Below, in pieces: positions 55,302-64,000 of a stretch of DNA of 64,000 bases. The stretch is from assembly GCA_004431415.1 (NCBI GenBank), contig QPMI01000507.1, positions 62,001 to 126,000 on the forward strand, in the 5' to 3' direction. This stretch comes from Cyanophora paradoxa CCMP329 (lineage: Eukaryota > Plantae > Glaucophyta). The position numbers and the translations under genes were made by a program. Every line of letters begins with the position of its first letter. Position 1 is the first letter of the stretch. The notes beneath the pieces are model-generated. The model saw only the letters and a list, made by a program, of their open reading frames with translations. It was not told where the DNA came from and did no database searches.

Positions 55302-57182
55302 ATGAAGAGGTTCTCCAATTTTCCAGCCGCGCGCTCCCCCGCCTGCCCGTTTGACGTTGCGACGCACGCGCAGACCGAGTTGGACGACGGCGCCGGCGCG
55401 CTTCCATACGTACCGTCTTGCGCGAGCTTCAAGCGCGTCGACTCGCTGCCCGTGTCGCCGCCCCGCGCCAGCTCGGAGGCGCCCGCACCCGCGGCAGCGC
55501 CGCCGCCGCCGGAGTCGACGTCGAGCGGCCCCTTCGATCTGCTCCCGGACGCGATCGTGTCGCGGATCGTGTATCTGGCGCGGCGCGGGGAAGGGAGCGA
55601 GTGGCTGCTGGAGGCGCGGCGGGCGTGCCGGGCGCTGCGGCGGGCCTGCGAGGAGCCGGCGGCGTGGGCCGTCGTCTCCGTCCTGGAGCCGGCCGACGAC
55701 GCCCTCGCCGAGCTCGCCTCCCTCCCGCCCCGGACGCGCCGCGCCGCCCGCGCGCTCTACGTCGACGGCTCCTCCCTCACCCCGGGGCGCGTCCTCGCCC
55801 TCCGCGCCGCCCTCGGGGCCACCCTCGAGGAGCTCTCCATCGACATCTGGCGGGTGCCCGCCGCCCGCCCCCAGGCAGAGAGCGACCCTGACCCCGGCCT
55901 CGCGCCGGACCGCAGCCGGAGCACGAGGCGCCGTTCGCGGCGCTGCGCGAGCTCCGCCGCTTCCGCGCGCTGCGGCACCTGCGCGTCGCCGCGCCCACGC
56001 ACCGCCTGCGCACGCCGTGCGGGCCCGTCATGCAGGCCTCCCTCGCCGCCCTGGGGAGCCTCCGCGCCCTCCGCTCGCTCGACCTCTCGCCCTTTGCGCT
56101 CACCGCCGCCACGCTGCGCGCCCTCGCGCCCCTCGCCCCGACCCTCCTCTCCCTCGAGGCGACCTGCGGCGCCGAGGGCGGGCCCGGCGAGGCCCGGCCG
56201 ACGCCCTCGAGGCGGTCGCGGGCCTCGCGCGGCTGCGGCGGCTGCGCCTGCGCGTGCGCGACTGCAGCGTGGAGGCCCTCGCCGTGCTGGGCGAGCCCGG
56301 CCCGCCTTCCTCCCCGCCGACGCCTGCCGCCGCCTCGCCGCCCTCTCCGACCTCCGAGGTGCCCCGCCCGCCCCGCCCCGCCCTTGTCCCCGCCCTCGCC
56401 CCGCCCTCACCCTCTCCTCGCAGCGCTACACCTGTCGGGGGTGGCGGCGAGCGCGGCCTTCGTCTCCTCCATGCCCCTCCTGGAGGAGCTCTCCCTCCAC
56501 TGCGACCGCGGCGCCGACCTCGCGCCCCTCGCCTCCCCCTCGGGGCCCGCCCCCCGCCTCCGCACCCTCTGCCTCTCCGCCTTCGACGACGGGCTGACCC
56601 TCCACGCCGCCCTCCCCGCCCTCACCGCCCTCGAGGCGCCCGCCCGCCCTGCCCTGCCCGCCCGCGCCTCCTCCGCCCTGACGCGGGGGCCGGGGGCAGA
56701 GCCTGGTGCTGCGGAGCGGGCGGGAGGCGTTGGAGGGCCTCGGAAACGCCAGCCTGCGCGCCCTCTCCCGCCTCTCCTCCCTCGAGATCTCCGTCCAGGC
56801 CCGCGCCCCCTTGAGCCCGACCTCGCGCCCACGGCTCGCGCTGACGGCGGCCGGCACGCAGGGGGAGGGCGGCCTGGCGCCCGTGCCGGGGGCCCTCCTC
56901 GCCCGCCTCGCCGCCGACGCGCCGCCGCTGCGCTCCCTCACCCTCGCCTCGCCCCTCCCGCCCTCCGCCGCCCCCGCCCTCGCCGCCCTCCAGCCGCCCC
57001 TCCTCCGCCTCTCCTGCTACGCCGTGCGCCCTGCAGCTGTCCACCCCCGCCCGGCGGAGCGGCGCTGGCCCGGCTGACCGGCGTGGGCGCAGGCGTGGCA
57101 GATGGACGCGCACGAGCGGGCCTTCCTGCGCGCATCCCTCCCCCACACGGCCCTCACCTTCGAAGCGCCTCTCTCCCCGTAG
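55302..57182 (+). CDS. F-box / LRR-like protein
   Basis: FDLLPDAIVSRIV...RRACRALRRACEEPAAW F-box. LRR-like repeats LEELSI, LRALRSLDLS, LLEELSL, LRTLCL. Confidence 0.75.
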
Positions 57183-57818
57183 CTCCGATTGCAAACTCGC
57201 AGCTGCAGCTGCCGCGAGTGCACTGCGGCCGCTGCTATCTGCAGCCACCCCGGGCCCCTGCCAGGCTGGCCCGTCGGCTAGCACCACCGTAGTTAACGTT
57301 AACGTTCGCTAGCCTAGTAGTAGTCAGCTAGGTAGATATCCGGTTGCGCAATCGCCGGCGCGAGCGCGCGCGAGCGATCCGATGATCATCGGATTGGAAT
57401 TCAAGGCTAGAGCTCAGCGGATTATACGGCTCTCGACTCGGCGAGAGATCATCGAATCGCGCGACTAGCTAGAGCCCGGGGCCGGCTGCTGGCGCCGGCG
57501 CCAATTGCAAGTTTGAGCGCGAGCGAGCAGCCTGTATACGTATTGCAGCTAGCGCACGATATCAGCGCTAGCGCTTGCAATTGTGCTAGCGCTCCAGCTA
57601 GCGCTGGCGCCGGCGCCCCGAAATATCCCTGACGCCAAAATCTGCCCCTACCCCCCGTTTCGGACTTTTTTTGACAGCGACAGCATGACTCACGTCTACG
57701 TGATACGGGATTTTTGGTAGCGACTTCGCCGCCGGCCGCCGCCTTCCTTCACTCGGTGACAGCCGCCGCGGTTCGGCGCGAAGCCCCAGCTCCCAGAGCC
57801 CCAGCCAGCTCGTTCGCT

Positions 57819-59533
<1,715 letters not shown>

Positions 59534-60078
59534 AGGCCCCGGCCCCGCCGCCCCGGCCCCGCCGCGCCCGGCGCCGGCGCCCGGCCCCCGTCCTCTGTGC
59601 AGACTTTCATTCCCCTCCCTCTCTCCCCTCTCGCCCCCTTTTCAAAGCTTCGCTTTGCCGCTCGTTTCAAAGCTTCGCTTTGCTTAGTTCATTTGATGAT
59701 CATCATGTGAGTCGAGCATCCGACGTCTCCTGGGTAGGTAGCTGTAGGCTTCAGCGGGAAGCAGTGCGTCACCCTGTATGGCAGAACAGTTAGGCAGGAC
59801 CTGTGTAGAAACCGTATTCATGTCGTCAATACCAAACCAATTCGTCGATTTCGAATTCGAAGCGCAAGCCAGCGATCCGCACCGCGCGCCGCATTGGGAT
59901 GTACATGTGAACATGTACATCCGCGCCGCGCGCCGCATTGGACGGGCGCTGGACAGTGGCTACATGCCGCGCACAGCGACACGTACATGACTAGTACTAG
60001 CTAGCTGCATCCCGCTTTTCGCTGTGTACCCCAGGCTTTTCGCCGCAGCCTTTGCAAACTCCCGCGCGACTCGGCGAG

Positions 60079-62340
60079 ATGGAGGAGCTTGATCATGAGC
60101 GCAGCTTCGTGATGACCGCAGGTCCGCGAAGTGTTGCGAATGCGCCAGCGCAGGCGACAAAGCTGAGGTGAACGCGCAGGCTTGTACGAGCGCCTCCGGG
60201 AGTACGCGCACAGGAGCGGCGAGCGGACGCTCGAGGACGCGGTCGCATCGCTGCTGGACGCAGCTGCGGGCACGGCGCCCGCGGCATCGTGCTCGGAGGG
60301 GAGCGCCACCGCGGCCGGCGCCGTCTCTGCAGCTGGACCTGGCGCCGGCAAGCGAAGGAGGACAGACCCACCGCAGAGCGCTAGCTCACAACAGGAGACG
60401 GAGACTGCAGCAGCGGGAGAGCCTGAAGCCGAACCGGCACTGATCGATCAGCTGCCGGATGACATTCTCTCGGTCATTTTCGAGCGCTTGAGCCTGCAGG
60501 CTGCGGCCGCCGCGCGTGCCGTCTGCCGCCGCTGGCGGGATGTCGTCGATGCGATCGTATGGCGTCGGCTCAACGTCAAGCTGTGTCTAGAGCGCGTGGA
60601 CGAGCTGGCGGGCCTCCTGCTCGGTGCCCAAGGCTTGGACTGGAGCCAGCTGGACGACGCTGCGCGCGAGGAGGTTGTGTGGTGGCTGGCGGGTCGGGGC
60701 CAGGCGGGCGATACCCGCGTTGGCGGGCAGCGGATCCGCGTCGCTCCGGGCGCGTCGCTGCGCCTGCAGCTGGAGGTCACGGCCGCCACGGACGAGGACG
60801 ACAGCGAAGTGTGGCAGTCCACGCTCTTCCTCCTCACGGCGTTCTCGGCCGCGGCCGGCGCCGCGAGCGGCGGTGGCGGGGGCCTGGGCGAGGTCGACGT
60901 GGACTGCTCGTGCGCCCCAGGCGACTGCTTCGCAGATCTCCTCGGCGCCCTCGTGCCGCGGGATGCCGCCATTTGCCCCTCGCTCCGCAGCCTCGCGCTA
61001 CGGGGCCTCGAGTCCTGCGACCCCGACTCGGACTATTCTATCCGCCTCGGAGTGGACCCCGAGTCTGAATTCTGCAGCTTGCCCTTGGTCCTCCCGAACC
61101 TCGAGACCCTCTCCCTCTTCATTCGCTGCAGTTCCTCGGGCCGACCCGCTGCGGAGGCCCTCGCTCGCTGCCTCCCGAACCTCAAGCGGGTGCGCCTTCC
61201 CTTTCAGATGCCTTCTTTGCACGCTTCGCCACTAAGCAACTCAGTTCCAATCCGCAGCTGGAGTTCTTTGCGGACGTGCGCAAGGAGAAAGCCCTTGCAA
61301 TTGGCGAGGCCGCGGCCGCCTTTTCCTCGCTTGAATACATCCTGGCGTACCCCCCGCTCGATCAGCATTTTGAGAATACGGCGCCGCTGCTCGAGGGCCT
61401 CGCCTCCGGCCCTGCCGCCCTCTCCCTCAAAGAGTGCGCATCCGTCCTCGCTGCGGCTTCGGCGCGCACCAATGTTCCGCCGACCGCGTGGCCCAGGCTC
61501 GAGCTGTTCTGCCCGGATCCGCAATTCTCGCCATTGAAAATCTCTGCGCGGGACCTGCGCGCTCTAACACGATTTCCCGCCCTGCTGCGCCTCTCGTCCG
61601 AGTGCCTCGCGGTCCGCGTGCCCCGGCCCGCCTGCCCGTCCCCGACCCCACCTCCGCCCGCCGGCCCTGACAGCCTTGCTCCACAGCCCTGCTCGGGCAT
61701 GGGCGAGGCTGACCTGGCGGCGTTGGGCTCTTTCCCGGCGCTAAAGAGCGTTGGGCTGCTGGCGCTGAGTGAAGAGGAGGCCCTCATCACGCACTTGAAC
61801 GGCCTCACCGCCGCCCTCGAGCGCCCCTCCTCGCTGACCGACCTCAAGCTGTGTATTCGCGCGTCACTCTTCCTGCTTATCATGCTACGTTGCCTCTCGT
61901 CCATTCATATCTGATCGCCTCGCCACAGGCACAGCGCCGCTTCGGGAGGCGCTGCCAGCGCTCGCAAGGCTGGCCGGCGCGGCCCGCGGGCGCCTCTCCC
62001 TCGAGCTGGAGGTCGATCTCGCGCCCGGACGCCCTGCGGAAGTGGCGGCGGCGGTGGCGGCCGCCCCGCCCCGCAGCCTCACCCTCGTCGTCGATCTGTA
62101 CAAGATAGACACGCTGAAAGCGGCCGTCGCTGCGCTAGACGGCCTCTCCGCCTTCGCCGGCTGCTCCGCGGGGAGCATCGAGGTCCGCGTCCTCCCCCGA
62201 GGCGTGCTGCCCTCGACGCGCCCTACGACCTAGGCCTCCCTCAGGTCCGCCTCGAATACTACGGCGATCGCGAGGGTGTGTGGGGCGCCGTGCGGGAGGC
62301 TGTGGCCCGCGCACTCCCCACGGCCCGCCTCGTGGACTGA
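60079..62340 (+). CDS. RHH-like / NLS / F-box / LRR-like protein, family copy 3
   Basis: Exon 1 and a 58-nt intron (60122-60179) give MEELDHERSFVMTAGLYERLREYAHRSGERTLEDAVASLLD. F-box IDQLPDDILSVIFERLS...RAVCRRWRD; ends WGAVREAVARALPTARLVD*. Confidence 0.8.
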
Positions 62341-62471
62341 ATTCGAAGATTTCTAGATCTGTGGCCCCGCGGCCGGCCCGGCGGCTCCCCCGGCGGGGGT
62401 CAGATGGTGGGCAGGGCTGCCGGAGGGCTCCGACCCCGAGCTCGAGCGGCCCGGGGAGAGGAGGCGGGGGG

Positions 62472-64000
62472 CTAGCGGTAGGCGATGGCGGCGAGGCGGG
62501 CGATGGTGCGCTCGTGGGCCATGCCCCGGCTCGCGAGGCGCTCCAGCTCCCCCACCACCTTGTCCACCAGCCGCTCCGTCCTGCGCGCCAGGGGAGCGTC
62601 AGACGCGCGGGGGAGGGCGGGGGCGGGGCGGGGCGGGGCGCGCTTGTCGAGGCGCGCGGCGGCCTCGCCGGCGTCGATGGCGGCGTTGGCGGCGCGGCCC
62701 TCGGCGGCCCCGCAGCGCCGCTCGAGCCCCGCGAGCCGCCGCTCGATCGCCTCGAACTGCTCCGCGATCAGGTCCAGGTCCTCCGGCTGCAGCGCGCGTC
62801 AGGCTCTCTTCTCCGAGCGTCCTCGGAGGCGAGGGCGCGCACCGTGAGGAGCGGCTCGGCGGCCGGGGCGCCGGCCGGCTCGGGCCCCGTGCTCCGGTTC
62901 CGCCGCCCGCGCTCCGCCGCCGCCGCGAGCGCCGCCGTGCCCCGCCGCACCCCCGCCGGCTGCATCTGCGTCAGGAAGCGAAGGGAGGAGGGACGGGAGG
63001 GGGCGCGCCGTCTTCGGGGAGAGGGCCGCCGCGGCGCTCGCGGGGCTCACGCTGCGCCCCGCCGGACGGGGGGCGCCGGCTGCGGGGGCAGGGGCGGCGC
63101 TCGGGTGGGACTGGAGGGCGAGAGGAGCCCCGCAGGGGCCCCTCGCGGTAGGGCGGGCGGGGCGGCGGCGGAGGGGGCCGCGAGGGCGGCGGGATCGGCG
63201 GAGAGGGCGGGAGCCGGAGCACGGGAGGGGTGGGGGCGGGGGCGCCGGCGGGGGCGGGGGCGGAGGATGAAACAGAGAGGGCGCTGCGGTGGGCGCGGGC
63301 GGAGGCGGAGCGGTGGGTGGGTACGAGGAAGTCGGGGCGGGGCGCCCAGGGTACGCCTACGCCGGCGACGGCGGCGGCGAGTGGCCAGAGGGACGAGGAG
63401 CGGCGGTACCAGCGGGGGCCGCGCGGCCCCTCGGACCCTCCCGGCTCCTGCGCCGCCGGAACCTCGGGCACGTCCGGCGGGGCCGAGCTGGGCCGCGGCG
63501 GGGCCGCCTCTGCTCCCGCGGGCGCCCCGGAGGCGGCGGCGAGGGCGGCGAGGGCCCCTCGAGTGCCTCCACGCGCGCCGCCAGCGCTCGCTCGCCCCCG
63601 GCGGCTGCGGCCTCCAGCTCCCGCCTGCCGCCCTCGGAGGCGGCGCGCGCCGGGGCCTCCTCCAGCCGCCCCTCGAGCCTCGCGATCTGCCGAGGGCGGA
63701 GGTCAGCCGGGGCACGAGCCGGGGGAGGACGGGGGTGGGACGGAGCGGACCGCCTCAGACACGCGCTGCAGCTCTTCCCTCGCCACAGCGCACTCGCATG
63801 CGCGCTCCCGGGGCGGCGACCGGCGCCGCGGCGTGGGCTTTTCCTGCGAGGCAGAGCGGGTTCGGACAGGGGCGCCGCGCAATGGGAAGTACGACGCGGG
63901 CGCACCGGCGCGGGCGGAGGCGGCGGGGCGGCGGCGGCGGAGGCGTCGGGGGAGGGGCGGAGGAGCGCCGCGAGGGACGCCTCGAGGCGGGAGAGGCGCT
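62472..64000 (-). CDS. Hypothetical coiled-coil protein, 3' portion; runs off the right edge
   Basis: Spliced exons IARLEGRLEE...LAARVEALE and DLIAEQFEAIERRLAGLERR...ERLVDKVVGELERL...AYR*; typical short introns. Confidence 0.55.

Overview
This window is eukaryotic nuclear DNA: very GC-rich, gene-dense, with about 23 intron-rich protein genes. Introns are mostly 50-90 nt, and many genes sit in compact head-to-head pairs. Most long ORFs in the six-frame track are GC-driven artefacts, so I reconstructed the genes by splicing by eye. Phe-containing plastid transit peptides (HemF, mTERF, PHR2) and a full-length CatSper-epsilon homolog point to a glaucophyte such as Cyanophora paradoxa (inference). 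Gene order: GAF/PAS histidine kinase(-), RLK/Pelle-like pseudokinase(+), UTP15(-) hosting an intronic box C/D snoRNA against 5.8S rRNA, DGAT2(+), cytochrome P450(-), RHH-F-box-LRR copy 1(+), HAD-IIA(-), F-box/LRR(+), RHH-F-box-LRR copy 2(-), Sec14/CRAL-TRIO(+), GatA(+), PHR2(-), SDR(+), mTERF(+), a giant (Ser-Pro)n surface protein(-), CatSper-epsilon(-), PAM16(+), D2HGDH(-), an orphan(+), NOM1/Sgd1(-), F-box/LRR(+), HemF(+), RHH-F-box-LRR copy 3(+), and a coiled-coil protein(-). The best candidate for an undescribed system is the three-copy, apparently recombining family. Its split first exons, invisible in the ORF track, encode a prokaryote-type ribbon-helix-helix-like module fused to an NLS, an F-box and a variable LRR-like region. 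Other notable signals are frequent GC-AG introns, palindrome-saturated intergenic DNA and a recurrent GTACCC motif. All homology calls come from motif recognition by eye; no searches were run.
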